A DNA stretch of 64,000 bases from an uncultured Candidatus Peregrinibacteria bacterium (GCA_903854335.1 CAINVY010000003.1:21955-85954); one strand, 5' to 3'. Counted from the stretch's first letter, positions 32,330 to 42,242 are shown. The notes: a model not told the origin generated them from the sequence alone. Made by a program: numbers and translations.

Positions 32330-32758
32330 ATGAACATTCAGATTTCCCGCGTCGATAGTGCTCTCTCACTCCCCACCTACCAGACTTCGGGAGCCGTGGG
32401 CTTCGATTTGATCACGCGGCAAACGACCGTCGTCGAGCCCGGCAAGATCGCGCTCGTGCCCGGCAACGTCATCGTGAAGGTACCGGAAGGCTACGCGCTA
32501 CTCGTCCTGCCCCGCTCTTCACTGCCGCGCAAAAAGGCCCTCATCTGCCCGCACAGTGTCGGCGTCATCGATCAGGACTACCACGGCGACAAGGACGAAA
32601 TCCTCGTCCAGGTCCAGAATATCTCCGATGTCCCGGTAACGGTGGAGCGCGGTGAGCGAATCGCGCAGGGAATCTTCGTCAAGGTCGAGACGGCAAAGTG
32701 GCAGGAAGTGGAGACGCACGGTAAAGAGACGAGAGGAGGATTCGGGTCGACGGGATGA
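32330..32758 (+). CDS. dut: Trimeric dUTPase
   Basis: AVGFDL, PRSS, GVIDQDYHG, GERIAQ, RGGFGSTG. Confidence 0.95.
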   Translation: MNIQISRVDSALSLPTYQTSGAVGFDLITRQTTVVEPGKIALVPGNVIVKVPEGYALLVLPRSSLPRKKALICPHSVGVIDQDYHGDKDEILVQVQNISDVPVTVERGERIAQGIFVKVETAKWQEVETHGKETRGGFGSTG

Positions 32759-32795
32759 GGGCGTGATGAAGGACGCAGGACAGAGGAGAGAGGGA

Positions 32796-33161
32796 TTAGG
32801 AATCCTCAATGTTCATCTTCTTGATAAGTGCATTCAGCATTCGATGAATTTCCTGACAATTCGCGGTGAGGTCGTTCAACTGAGTTTGATCAAGATAGCC
32901 AACTCCCTGGCAGAAATAGAGATGTGACATGGCTTCGATAAGTTCTCCACGCGCCTGAACATATTTGTGCATCTTATCGGGATATGTGTAACGGCCATAC
33001 CCCTCGGCGATATTCGCCGCAACGGAGAGAGCGGCGCGACGTAGCTGAGAAGTCACTCCATACTGCTCCTCTTTCGGAAAACTCTTGGAGATCTGATGAA
33101 CCCTCAGAGCAAGATCCATCGCTTTTTTCCAGGGTCCGAACGTCGTGAAGTCCGAATGCAT
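32796..33161 (-). CDS. Four-helix-bundle protein (23S rRNA IVS/bAvd-like family)
   Basis: W.KAMDL..FPKEEQYG.TSQLRRAALSVAANIAEG..ARGEL.E. Confidence 0.92.
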   Translation of the reverse strand: MHSDFTTFGPWKKAMDLALRVHQISKSFPKEEQYGVTSQLRRAALSVAANIAEGYGRYTYPDKMHKYVQARGELIEAMSHLYFCQGVGYLDQTQLNDLTANCQEIHRMLNALIKKMNIEDS

Positions 33162-33192
33162 AATCTACGTCCTAAGTCCTCTGCCCTCCGTC

Positions 33193-34446
33193 CTACTTAC
33201 TTAGAGGCTTCCTCATGAACGCCGGGACCTCGAGCTCCTCTTCGTCGAATTGCGGGGCATTGGTCTTCACGTTGGGATCGATCGACATGCTCTGCTGCAT
33301 GCCACTGGTGCGCCCGTCGACTTTCTCCACGGAAGGCCTGGAGAACGTGTTCTTCATGAGCCTCTGCGCAGGATTCGCCATGGCAGGCGTCGCGATGTTC
33401 TCCTTCTCCACGAACCCCGTCGCCACGACCGTCACCTTCACCTGTCCGGTGAAGGCCTCATCGATGACCGCGCCGAAGATGATGTTCGCCTCGGGCGAGG
33501 ATGCCTCCGTGATGATGCGCGCGGCCTCGTCGACTTCGAACATCGAGAGGTCGTTGCCACCCGTAATATTGAAAAGGATGCCCTGCGCTCCATGGATACT
33601 CGTCTCGAGAAGGGGGCTGTCGATGGCGGCTCGTGCTGCCTCGGAGGCGCGGCTGTCTCCCGTGCCGTACCCGATGCCCATGAGCGCCGTACCCGCGTCC
33701 TGCATGATCGCCTTCACGTCTGCGAAGTCGACGTTCACGAGTCCGTGCACCGTGATGATGCTGGAAATACCGTCGATCGCGTGCTTGAGGACCTCATCGA
33801 CGACCTGGAACGCCTCGGTGAGGGGGGTGGTCTTGTCGATCAGGGAGAGAATCTTGTCGTTGGGAATCGTGATGAGCGTGTCCACCTTGCCCTTGAGCGC
33901 CTCCAGCGCCTCATCAGCCTGTTTGCGGCGCTTGAAGCCCTCGAAACTGAACGGCTTCGTGACAACGGCAACCGTGAGAATGCCCATGGAACGAGCCGCC
34001 TCCGCGATGATCGGCGTCGCTCCGCTCCCCGTGCCGCCTCCGAGTCCCGCAGTGATGAAGAGCATGTCCGTACCTTCGAGCGTGTCCTTGATCTCCTCCA
34101 AGCTCTCCTCGGCAGCCCTCTTCCCAATGTCGGGATTCGCTCCCGCACCGAGCCCCTTCGTGGTGCCGCGCCCGATCGTGATCTTCTTCGGAGCCGGATT
34201 GTGGTAGAGCGCCTGAATATCGGTATTGACTGCGATGAACTCCACGCCCTGCACCTTCTCATGAATCATCCTCGCGACGGCGTTGCCGCCTGATCCGCCA
34301 GCACCGAGAACGCGAATGGACGCGCCGGGCAACATCTCGGGACGCACTTCGCGCGTTCCGGTGTCGTCATCCGGTCTGGGTATGCCACTATTTCCGGCAG
34401 AGCCGGAAGACCTGGGGCCGAAAATGGAGCGGAACGCGTCTGACAT
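33193..34446 (-). CDS. ftsZ: Cell division protein FtsZ
   Basis: GGSGGNA, GLGGGTGSG tubulin signature, NVDFAD, C-terminal VPAFMRK. Confidence 0.98.
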   Translation of the reverse strand: MSDAFRSIFGPRSSGSAGNSGIPRPDDDTGTREVRPEMLPGASIRVLGAGGSGGNAVARMIHEKVQGVEFIAVNTDIQALYHNPAPKKITIGRGTTKGLGAGANPDIGKRAAEESLEEIKDTLEGTDMLFITAGLGGGTGSGATPIIAEAARSMGILTVAVVTKPFSFEGFKRRKQADEALEALKGKVDTLITIPNDKILSLIDKTTPLTEAFQVVDEVLKHAIDGISSIITVHGLVNVDFADVKAIMQDAGTALMGIGYGTGDSRASEAARAAIDSPLLETSIHGAQGILFNITGGNDLSMFEVDEAARIITEASSPEANIIFGAVIDEAFTGQVKVTVVATGFVEKENIATPAMANPAQRLMKNTFSRPSVEKVDGRTSGMQQSMSIDPNVKTNAPQFDEEELEVPAFMRKPLSK

Positions 34447-34482
34447 GGGAGAGGAGGGAAAAAGCGGGGGAAGAAAAAGGGA

Positions 34483-35715
34483 TCAGGGGAAGAGGCTCTT
34501 GATCCACGAGCCGACCTGTTTGACTGCACGTTTCATTTGGAAATTTCCGTGTGACACATGGTCCTCTTCGCGCATGCCCCAGACGAGCGTGCCGAGAGCC
34601 GTTGCGTACGCGGGATCGTCGACTTTCTCGATGACGCCACCGATGTCCACGGGAAAGCCCATCTGCACGGGGAGGCCGAGGACATCGCGGGCCAAGTCGA
34701 GGACGCCCGGCGCCTTCACCGCTCCTCCCGTGAGGAGGGCTCCGGCCGGGAGCATTCCGCTGCGACCGATACGCGCGAGTTCGGCTTTCACAAGCGAGAA
34801 AATCTCGTAGTAGCGCGCCTGCATGATCTCCGCCATGTACTTCTTCGAAACCGTTTGCGTGTCGACCTTGGACACCGTCGAGAGATCGATCATCTCGCGC
34901 TCGCTCATCTCCCCCGGCAATACCGATCCGAATTCGATCTTGATCTTCTCCGCCGTGTCGATGGATGTGCGAAGTCCGATCGCGATGTCGCTCGTTACGC
35001 TCTCGCCTCCCACCGGCAGACACACCGAGTGGAGAATCGTCCCCTCTTCAAACACCGCCAAGCTCGTGCAGCCCGCGCCGACATCGATGATGAGAACGCC
35101 GAGCTCCTTCTGTCGCTTCGTGAGCGTCGCCTCCGCGGCGGCGATCGTCGACGGCACGAGCGCGTCGATATCCACGCCCGCCTGGTCGATGCACTTCTCG
35201 ATATTCTTCACATGCTGAATGTGTCCCGTGACGATGTGCGCCTCCACCTCCAACCGAATGCCCGTCATGCCGAGAGGGTTCTTGATGCCGCGCTGCTCGT
35301 CGACGGCGTAGGCCTTCGGTTCGATGTGAAGAATGCGACGGTTAGCCGGAATGGAGATCGCCTGCGCGGCATCGAGCACACGCGCGATGTCCTCGAGGGT
35401 GATCTCGGCACCGGAAATGGCGATGACGCCTCGCGAATCGAAAGACTCGATATGCGAACCGCTCATGCCCACGAACACATGGTTCACCGGCACCCCCGCC
35501 ATGCGCTCCGCGTCCTCCAGGGAGGAGATGATATTGTGGATGAGCTCCTCGACATCGATCACGTGCCCCTTGCGCATGCCGAGCGACGGCGAAAGCCCGA
35601 CACCGATGACACTGGGCAAACGCTGATCGGAGTCGGCTCCGTCTACGACGGCAATAACGGTACGGATTTTGGCACTTCCGATGTCAAGACTTGCGAGTAC
35701 ACGTTCTTTGGGCAT
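34483..35715 (-). CDS. ftsA: Cell division protein FtsA
   Basis: LDIGSAKI, IDVGAGCT, GGESVTSDI, AEKIK, LTGG; start at ATG 35715. Confidence 0.96.
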   Translation of the reverse strand: MPKERVLASLDIGSAKIRTVIAVVDGADSDQRLPSVIGVGLSPSLGMRKGHVIDVEELIHNIISSLEDAERMAGVPVNHVFVGMSGSHIESFDSRGVIAISGAEITLEDIARVLDAAQAISIPANRRILHIEPKAYAVDEQRGIKNPLGMTGIRLEVEAHIVTGHIQHVKNIEKCIDQAGVDIDALVPSTIAAAEATLTKRQKELGVLIIDVGAGCTSLAVFEEGTILHSVCLPVGGESVTSDIAIGLRTSIDTAEKIKIEFGSVLPGEMSEREMIDLSTVSKVDTQTVSKKYMAEIMQARYYEIFSLVKAELARIGRSGMLPAGALLTGGAVKAPGVLDLARDVLGLPVQMGFPVDIGGVIEKVDDPAYATALGTLVWGMREEDHVSHGNFQMKRAVKQVGSWIKSLFP

Positions 35716-35999
35716 GGATCGAGAGGGGTAACGGCAGAGATGCTCCGTCCAAAAACCCAAGGGCGGAAACGGCACCAAGTCTAAACTGGCGGAGAGAAGC
35801 CACGCAAGCCATTCATGTATATCTTTGGTGTTCAGAACGGCACGTGCTGAGCACAATTTCTATGCGAATGTTTTCCCATGTGCTCGTGATAACCCACAAT
35901 ATTTATTCAGAAATTATTGCACGCTTTTTAACATGAATACGTTTTGTGCACAGAAATTTTCCATTTTTAATCAGCACACGAACTGATCTCTCATCTCAA

Positions 36000-36953
36000 T
36001 TAGAACAACGCCAGCTGTTTCTCTTCCTGAGCATTCCCCTCCTCCTTTTGTACCTCCTGTTTGAAATGCGCTTTGCCGTACGGTGTGCCAAGAATCTGAT
36101 CGAGACGCTTCCCGAGAGCCGGCGATTCTATTTCATTGAAGAAATCCTTCGCAGCCTGCGTCTCGACTTCATGTAGAGCCGTCTCAGCAAGAGAAATCGG
36201 CAGTGGGATATCGCACACGAGGATAGCCATGTGCTCGCAGAAGAATGCCTGCTCCCGATCGCGCTCAAGCTTCTCCCTGATCACGGGCTTAATGTCTGAA
36301 AGATGCTCGTAAATGTTTGCGAGCGATCCAAATTGCTGGAGCAGCGTCGCGGCCCCTTTGGGCCCGATCCCATTCACGCCCGGAAGGTTGTCGGAGGCAT
36401 CTCCACAGAGTCCTTTAAAGGAGGGAATCTGATCCGGCCGAACGCCGTACTTCACCTCGATCTCCTTTGGCCCCAGATATTCGGTCTGTTGATAGCCCTT
36501 GTGGGGGATCGCGATACGCACATGCTCCGTGGCCAACTGAAACGCATCCCTGTCTCCAGTGACGATGCTCACGCGCATGCCCGCCCCCTCGGCCGCACGC
36601 GCATATGTTCCGAGAAAATCATCCGCCTCATACCGCGTATCGCTGACGTGTCGGATGCCAAATGCATCGATCATCCGGAGAATGAGAGGGATTTGGAGGT
36701 AAAACTCGTCGGGAGTCTCCGCCCTCCCCTCCTTATATGTCGCGTTCTCCTGATGACGAAATGTCTCTTCACCGGCATCGAAACAGAAGAGGAGGTTCTG
36801 CGGCTCCTCGATCTTGAGGAGTGAAAGAAGCATGGAACCGACGCCATACACGGCATTCGTCTGCACACCCTTCCTCGTTTGAAACGTACGCGGGATCGCA
36901 TAGTACGCCCTGTACATCAGATGGTGACCGTCAATGACGACGAAGTGTTCGAT
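36000..36953 (-). CDS. Stand-alone 5'-3' exonuclease/flap endonuclease (PolA N-terminal-like)
   Basis: IDGHHLMYRAYYA, YKEGR, YEADD, TGDRD, GDASDNLPGVNGIGPK; start codon unclear. Confidence 0.9.
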   Translation of the reverse strand: MEHFVVIDGHHLMYRAYYAIPRTFQTRKGVQTNAVYGVGSMLLSLLKIEEPQNLLFCFDAGEETFRHQENATYKEGRAETPDEFYLQIPLILRMIDAFGIRHVSDTRYEADDFLGTYARAAEGAGMRVSIVTGDRDAFQLATEHVRIAIPHKGYQQTEYLGPKEIEVKYGVRPDQIPSFKGLCGDASDNLPGVNGIGPKGAATLLQQFGSLANIYEHLSDIKPVIREKLERDREQAFFCEHMAILVCDIPLPISLAETALHEVETQAAKDFFNEIESPALGKRLDQILGTPYGKAHFKQEVQKEEGNAQEEKQLALF

Positions 36954-37124
36954 GACGTAAGGGTGCCACGAAGAGGAGAAGATGGATAGTGAGAGGGGGA
37001 AGGCTATCTTTCTGTTATCCAATTTCGGGATTTCTATCTCCCAATAATTCAAATACATGTCAATGATTACGCCCTTCAAAAAAGCTCACTTTTGCGCTAT
37101 ACTAACCGGATACATCAAACAACC

Positions 37125-37763
37125 ATGTCAGCATTTCTTCCCGCCTTCGACGACCTGATTGAGAGCAAATTCTCGATAGGATCAATCGAGCAGAAGATTC
37201 AGAATAAAACGGCGCTTCAAAAGGAACTCGGATGGCCGGTGGAACCCAAGCGACCGATGCTTTGTCTCCCCGCAGGAATGACGGAAAAGCTCGGCGGACC
37301 GCTCCTCACCGAAGTCCTTCCGGGAATCCTCTCACAGCAGATGGAACTCCTGGTGCTTGGAAAAGGTTCGTCGACGTACGGATCAATCTTCATGCACCTC
37401 GCGCAGGAGCAGCGCTACCGCGTCCACATCATCTCGGAAAGCGAAGAGGATATGCATCGGATGTTCGCCGCCGCCGACATGGCGCTCTTCCTCAGCGATC
37501 CCACGCACATGGAGGAGCTGGAGCACTGTCTCGCCTACGGCGTCGTGCCTCTCTCCCCGACTACTCCCCTGCTCGAGGACTACAATCCGATCCAGGAAAC
37601 CGGCAACGCCTTCGTCTTCGGCACACCATCGAAATGGACGGCCTTCGCGGCCATCGTCCGCGCCGTGGAAACCTACAAATTTCCGTTCGACTGGCGCACC
37701 ATCGTCCGACATTGCATGGAAACCATGTTCAAGGGCGAACGCGCGACGCTTCGCAAGAAGTGA
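37125..37763 (+). CDS. Glycogen-synthase C-terminal-domain-like protein
   Basis: NKTALQKELG, HRMFAAADM, YGVVP, GNAFVF, W..IVRHCM resemble the GlgA C-lobe; N-lobe absent. Confidence 0.7.
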   Translation: MSAFLPAFDDLIESKFSIGSIEQKIQNKTALQKELGWPVEPKRPMLCLPAGMTEKLGGPLLTEVLPGILSQQMELLVLGKGSSTYGSIFMHLAQEQRYRVHIISESEEDMHRMFAAADMALFLSDPTHMEELEHCLAYGVVPLSPTTPLLEDYNPIQETGNAFVFGTPSKWTAFAAIVRAVETYKFPFDWRTIVRHCMETMFKGERATLRKK

Positions 37764-37770
37764 AACGCTC

Positions 37771-38031
37771 TCACTTCTCGATGTATCCCTCTTTCAACAT
37801 GCACGCGGTGAACTTCGGCTTTGCAGTCGTATCGTAACTAGCGATTTTCATCCGCATCGCGCACTCCCTCGTCGCAGACATGTGCTGCCAGACGGGCTGG
37901 AGACGGAAGACATTCGAAATGATCACCCAGAGGAGAGCGGTGACGCAGAGCAACAGCGTGATCGAGAACGGCTGGTGAAGTTTTTCATGAAGGTGCAACA
38001 TGTTCAAAACATACGCTTCTTGTTCGTTCAC
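37771..38031 (-). CDS. Small membrane protein
   Basis: One TM segment plus two Cys; 86 aa. Confidence 0.5.
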   Translation of the reverse strand: MNEQEAYVLNMLHLHEKLHQPFSITLLLCVTALLWVIISNVFRLQPVWQHMSATRECAMRMKIASYDTTAKPKFTACMLKEGYIEK

Positions 38032-38386
38032 TCAAGTTGAGATTTCCCGGACAATGTGCGAAGTAGTTAAAAGGACACACCGATCACTGTTCGTTGCCGA
38101 TGAGTCCAATTTTATAGAGCTTAGCCTGCCAGTGCTTGCACAGCGCTGCGGGAACCGTCACAACAACTCTGTTCCCCTCCACTCTCAAATTGTGTTGCTC
38201 ACCCTCACCGAGTCTTCGAATACCGTGCAGGCATCGAGCAGCCTCTTCGGGGGTACCGCGTTCATGAGTGGAAAGTTCGACGAGTTCCAAAGATGTCGAT
38301 GGCATAGTGAGATCGGGGAAATTGAAGACGCGGCACTATCCCACTCGGGAAAGCCGTTGTCAAAATATGACTCGATGGAATCAAGC

Positions 38387-38953
38387 TCAACCTACGAACC
38401 AGTCCTTTCGAAAGAAGAGCGTGGCAAGAATCGTGAGGACGTACGTCCCCAAGAGAGAGAGCAGCAACACCGATCCCACTTCGACATTCAAGTCGTCGAC
38501 ACGTTTCTCGACTTCACGAAGCGATCTCCCCGCAAGGACCACACTGCCGCCTTTGGCCCGCACGAGAACCGCCGCGATCCGCACGGAAGGAGTCGGCTGC
38601 CAGGTGATGCGATCCTCGCCGTGTTCTGTGACGAACTGTACGACCCCATGCGGAACCACGGGAATGCTGTCGCCGAGAAGTCCCGACGATACGAGGGGAG
38701 CGCCGCTGCCGTCATACACAATCAGAAATGGAGAGAGACTTGCCCCGACATCGACGGTATCGGTCGGAAGAATGGATTTGTAACTCGCACCTTTCCCGAT
38801 CTTCAAAGCCGCGTCTGCCGCCAACTGAATCTGCGGATCATTCGCCCCGATACGCAAATCATGCTGCATCACGACGTATACGAGACCCGCCATGGCACAG
38901 AGACCCGCGGCAAGCGGGACCCAGGCGATGAAAGATGAACGCAAAGAGGACAT
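38387..38953 (-). CDS. Membrane protein, sensor-like periplasmic domain between two TMs
   Basis: QHDLRIGANDPQIQLA, TWQP..VRIA, AGRSLREVE. Confidence 0.7.
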   Translation of the reverse strand: MSSLRSSFIAWVPLAAGLCAMAGLVYVVMQHDLRIGANDPQIQLAADAALKIGKGASYKSILPTDTVDVGASLSPFLIVYDGSGAPLVSSGLLGDSIPVVPHGVVQFVTEHGEDRITWQPTPSVRIAAVLVRAKGGSVVLAGRSLREVEKRVDDLNVEVGSVLLLSLLGTYVLTILATLFFRKDWFVG

Positions 38954-39000
38954 GGCGAATGGGGAAGGATCAAAACACCTCGTTCTCTCTTCCTCGATTC

Positions 39001-39255
39001 TCAAAGAGGAACGGCCTTGCTTCCACTGCCAACCTTGCCTACCCCCTTATTCACATCACTACCACTCCCTCCCCTCTGCGTATCCGAAAATTGGTAGCGA
39101 GGTCTGCCATTGCTCCACCTCATCATGCCGCCTCTTGCACCGCGTTCGAAACGGTGATGCATGCCAACAATAAAGATGCATCCGACAGCGAGGGCGACGA
39201 GGACCACGCCCGAGACGAGACCGAACAAAAAGGAAGAGGTGTGAAAATCTTTCAT
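39001..39255 (-). CDS. Small membrane protein
   Basis: N-terminal TM, Gly-rich tail. Confidence 0.5.
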   Translation of the reverse strand: MKDFHTSSFLFGLVSGVVLVALAVGCIFIVGMHHRFERGARGGMMRWSNGRPRYQFSDTQRGGSGSDVNKGVGKVGSGSKAVPL

Positions 39256-39312
39256 GAAGATTGGGGAAGGGATTTGATGGAAGGATACACTGCGGCCTGC
39301 AGGATTTCCAGG

Positions 39313-39389
39313 TGGTGGGTCAGGTGGGATTTGAACCCACGGCCAATTGCTTAAGAGGCAACTGCTCTACCAGGCTGAGCTACTGACCC
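39313..39389 (-). tRNA. tRNA-Lys(CTT)
   Basis: GGGTCAG...CTGACCC-ACCA, anticodon loop CTCTTAA. Confidence 0.95.
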
Positions 39390-39467
39390 AAAGGGAACGA
39401 TGAGAGAAAAATCAGGGAGAAGGATCGAGCAAGCATATTGTATTTCGCCTCGCTTTGCTCGGCGTGG

Positions 39468-39488
39468 CAGGCTGAGCTACTGACCCAA
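39468..39488 (-). repeat. 21-bp duplicate of tRNA-Lys 5' end
   Basis: CAGGCTGAGCTACTGACCCAA at 39371-39391 and 39468-39488. Confidence 0.85.
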
Positions 39489-39581
39489 CGGGGGCACTGT
39501 ACCAAGCTCGGAGTTTTATGACAATGAAGAGGATGGGATGGAATCCTCGGCATCGTCGGACTCAACGGAATCTTCAAGCCA

Positions 39582-40433
39582 TCACAGCACTTTCCTCGCA
39601 TGCACCATTGCGTTCTTCATTTCGAGGAGCGCCACCGGCAAGTCATCAAACCATCCGATCGCGGGATACGTCACCTCCCCCGCAATATCCCTCCCGCAAG
39701 AAAGATGAGCAAACTCCTCCTGCGACAACTCGCACTTCGCGAAGGTACGGAGAATTTCTTTGAGAGGAATCACCTGCGCCCAGGAAACTCGATCAAGCGA
39801 AACAGCATCCTCAACCGACCACGCCCCCACGGAAGTCCGACGCAGTGCCTCCAGATACCCACCGCACTTGAGGAGATCTCCGAGATCGTGCGCGAGCGAA
39901 CGGATGTACGTACCCGATCCACACGCGACGCGCAGGGCAAGTTTCGGATAAGAATAGGAGAGAATGTCGCACGACGTGATCTCCACTTCACGCGGCGGAA
40001 TATTCACGCCCCTTCCCTGCCGCGCCTTGTGGTAGGCACGTTCGCCCCCGATGTGAATTGCGGAGTACGCGGGCGGCACCTGCTGGATCTTGCCCACGAA
40101 CCGATCGGCGATCATGCACTGAATAATGATTTCATCCGGCACCATCCATCCCTTCGGAGGTTCACGTCGCTCGATCGTGCCTTCGGCGTCGTACGTCGTG
40201 CTCACCGCACCGAACAACACGCTCGCATCGTACGTCTTCGAAAGATCGGAGAAAAGTTCCACAACCTTCAGCGCCTTCTTCCCGACCGCGAGCACCAAGA
40301 GTCCGGTCGCGAGAGGATCGAGCGTCCCCAGATGACCGATATCCTTCTCGGAAAGTTGCCGACGAACCGCCGCGACCACGTCATGGCTTGTCAGCCCCTT
40401 TGGCTTATCAACGAGGAGGAATCCGTGTCGCAT
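39582..40433 (-). CDS. truB: tRNA pseudouridine(55) synthase
   Basis: VDKPKG.TSHD, GHLGTLDPLATG, QVPPAYSA, GTYIRSLA. Confidence 0.97.
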   Translation of the reverse strand: MRHGFLLVDKPKGLTSHDVVAAVRRQLSEKDIGHLGTLDPLATGLLVLAVGKKALKVVELFSDLSKTYDASVLFGAVSTTYDAEGTIERREPPKGWMVPDEIIIQCMIADRFVGKIQQVPPAYSAIHIGGERAYHKARQGRGVNIPPREVEITSCDILSYSYPKLALRVACGSGTYIRSLAHDLGDLLKCGGYLEALRRTSVGAWSVEDAVSLDRVSWAQVIPLKEILRTFAKCELSQEEFAHLSCGRDIAGEVTYPAIGWFDDLPVALLEMKNAMVHARKVL

Positions 40434-40546
40434 GGGCGCCACCGTATCATGAAGAAGGCAGTGGTGCATGGTCATTCATAGAAAACTCCTTTGGCAAAAG
40501 AGACAATGGCGGCGTTTCCACCGTAACGGTACACTTCCCATCAACC

Positions 40547-41116
40547 ATGCCGCCCATGAACCTCACCTTGAGCTGGGATCTGTTCATCATCGTCTTCTTC
40601 GCCATCGTCATCACATACACATTCATCATCGGAAAAAATCAGTCGGTGCGCGTGATCATCGCCACGTACATCGCGATCGTGGGCGTGCAAGGCATCGGCA
40701 ATCTCCTGCAACGCGTCGTGGGAGATACGGGAGCATCGACCATGCAGATGCTCGGCATCTCTGCAGGCTTCCCCGTCCTCTCGACAACCAAGCTCCTCCT
40801 CTTCGTCATCCTCATGATCCTGCTCACGATCCACGGAGGATTCGACGTCCACTACGCGAAGGAATCGATCTGGGTGAACATCATCATCACGGCTCTTTGT
40901 GGATTCGCCACCGCCGGTCTGCTCCTCTGCGCGATCCTCACATACGCCGTCAATCTCCCGCTCCTCGATATCAACATGCCGCACGTCGCCACGCTCTCGC
41001 CTCTGATTATTCAAAGTCCGCTGATGCAACTGATGGTGCTCAATCAAGATCTCTGGTTCTCTCTCCCGGCACTGGTACTGATCGGCGCGGGGTTTGCGGG
41101 AAACTCTAAAGGATAA
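40547..41116 (+). CDS. Membrane protein (CvpA-like)
   Basis: About 5 TM segments; WDLFIIVFFA start pattern. Confidence 0.7.
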   Translation: MPPMNLTLSWDLFIIVFFAIVITYTFIIGKNQSVRVIIATYIAIVGVQGIGNLLQRVVGDTGASTMQMLGISAGFPVLSTTKLLLFVILMILLTIHGGFDVHYAKESIWVNIIITALCGFATAGLLLCAILTYAVNLPLLDINMPHVATLSPLIIQSPLMQLMVLNQDLWFSLPALVLIGAGFAGNSKG

Positions 41117-41216
41117 GAGGTGAGATATTCGTCAAGGTGTTTCCCCTCTTCATCGAACACGAAACTTGCTCCTGAGCAAGGAGCGGAGTAACAATACGCG
41201 TAATTACCCCCCGCCT

Positions 41217-41606
41217 ATGTCTCTCTTCGATCGTCTCTCGCTCAAGATCTGGACACTTATTTCCAGCGCAACTGTAGGCATTTCGGCCGCGTACGCCGAC
41301 GGCCTCGGTCCTCCGCCCCCCATTCAGGGCTTACCGAGCAGCTCGCCGACGTCCTCCGATCAAATCGTGACGATCTTGGTGAACATCGTCGTCTGGGTTC
41401 TCAACTTCCTCGCCATCCTCGCCGTGATCTTCATTATCATCGGCGGCATCCGACTCATCGTCTCGCAGGGAGAAGAGCAGGCAAAGGAGAAAGCGAAGAA
41501 GACCATCCTCTACGTCGTCATCGGCTTGATCGTCGTGCTCCTCGCACGCGTCATCGTCGGATTCTTCACGGGAGGAGCCTTCACGCAGGCATTGGGAAGC
41601 GTCTGA
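41217..41606 (+). CDS. CPR-type pilin (TrbC/VirB2-like)
   Basis: Signal peptide ending AYA, then TM-IIGG..IVSQG.E..KAK..I.Y..IGL-TM. Confidence 0.8.
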   Translation: MSLFDRLSLKIWTLISSATVGISAAYADGLGPPPPIQGLPSSSPTSSDQIVTILVNIVVWVLNFLAILAVIFIIIGGIRLIVSQGEEQAKEKAKKTILYVVIGLIVVLLARVIVGFFTGGAFTQALGSV

Positions 41607-41624
41607 GCATAGTCCAAGCAATGC

Positions 41625-41650
41625 AAAAGCGCGCCTCGGGCGCGCTTTTT
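41625..41650. terminator. Bidirectional intrinsic terminator
   Basis: AAAAGCGCGCC-TCG-GGCGCGCTTTTT between convergent genes. Confidence 0.85.
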
Positions 41651-41672
41651 CGTACGACATTTCACTATCCTC

Positions 41673-42206
41673 TCACGCCACCTCCGGCATCGATTGAAGA
41701 ATCGGCACTTCCTCTTCGACTTTTTCCGTATGCGTCACATCCGTATCTTTGATGATGATCGCATCGCTGCGCACTTCGAGAATCTGCGACACGGGGATCG
41801 GCGTCCCCCATCGAAAGAACCCCTTCGGCCAAATCCACTCCACCATGAAGAACTGCGTATCGAACTGCACGTCTCTGCACGCGCCGACCTTCTTCCCGCT
41901 CTCGGTAATGATGGGCTGCCCGAGAAATAATCGCTTCTCCTCAAGGAGAGGAAGCAGGCGGATCCGCTCCTCGAGCGGCGCGAGGACGCTGGCATCTCGT
42001 ACGATCACCCGAAGCCCCCACCGAAGAATATCCATGGTCGAGAGGAAGAGCTCAAAACTGCGAAGGAACGCGGGAATGCGCACGAAGAATCCTTCAACTC
42101 TGCCAGTATCGGGATGAATGAGAATCCCCGAAATCGAGCCGAACTGTTCCGTCATCTCATCATCGACGACCGGAAGGCCGAGCGCTGTGGTGAACCGAAC
42201 CTGCAT
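41673..42206 (-). CDS. Tandem PRC-barrel protein
   Basis: LGLPVV..G.I..ILIHPDTGRV and LGQPIITESGKKVG..DVQFD repeats. Confidence 0.8.
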   Translation of the reverse strand: MQVRFTTALGLPVVDDEMTEQFGSISGILIHPDTGRVEGFFVRIPAFLRSFELFLSTMDILRWGLRVIVRDASVLAPLEERIRLLPLLEEKRLFLGQPIITESGKKVGACRDVQFDTQFFMVEWIWPKGFFRWGTPIPVSQILEVRSDAIIIKDTDVTHTEKVEEEVPILQSMPEVA

Positions 42207-42242
42207 CTGATAGAATCATAGCAGCAACTTCCCGTCGCTCCC

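Noticed and set aside
32796-33161. Diversity-generating retroelement suggested by the Avd-like gene
   Set aside because: No reverse transcriptase or TR/VR repeat pair seen in the window.
35850-36000. AT-rich spacer as a possible oriC
   Set aside because: Only very degenerate DnaA-box-like words; more simply the ftsA promoter region.
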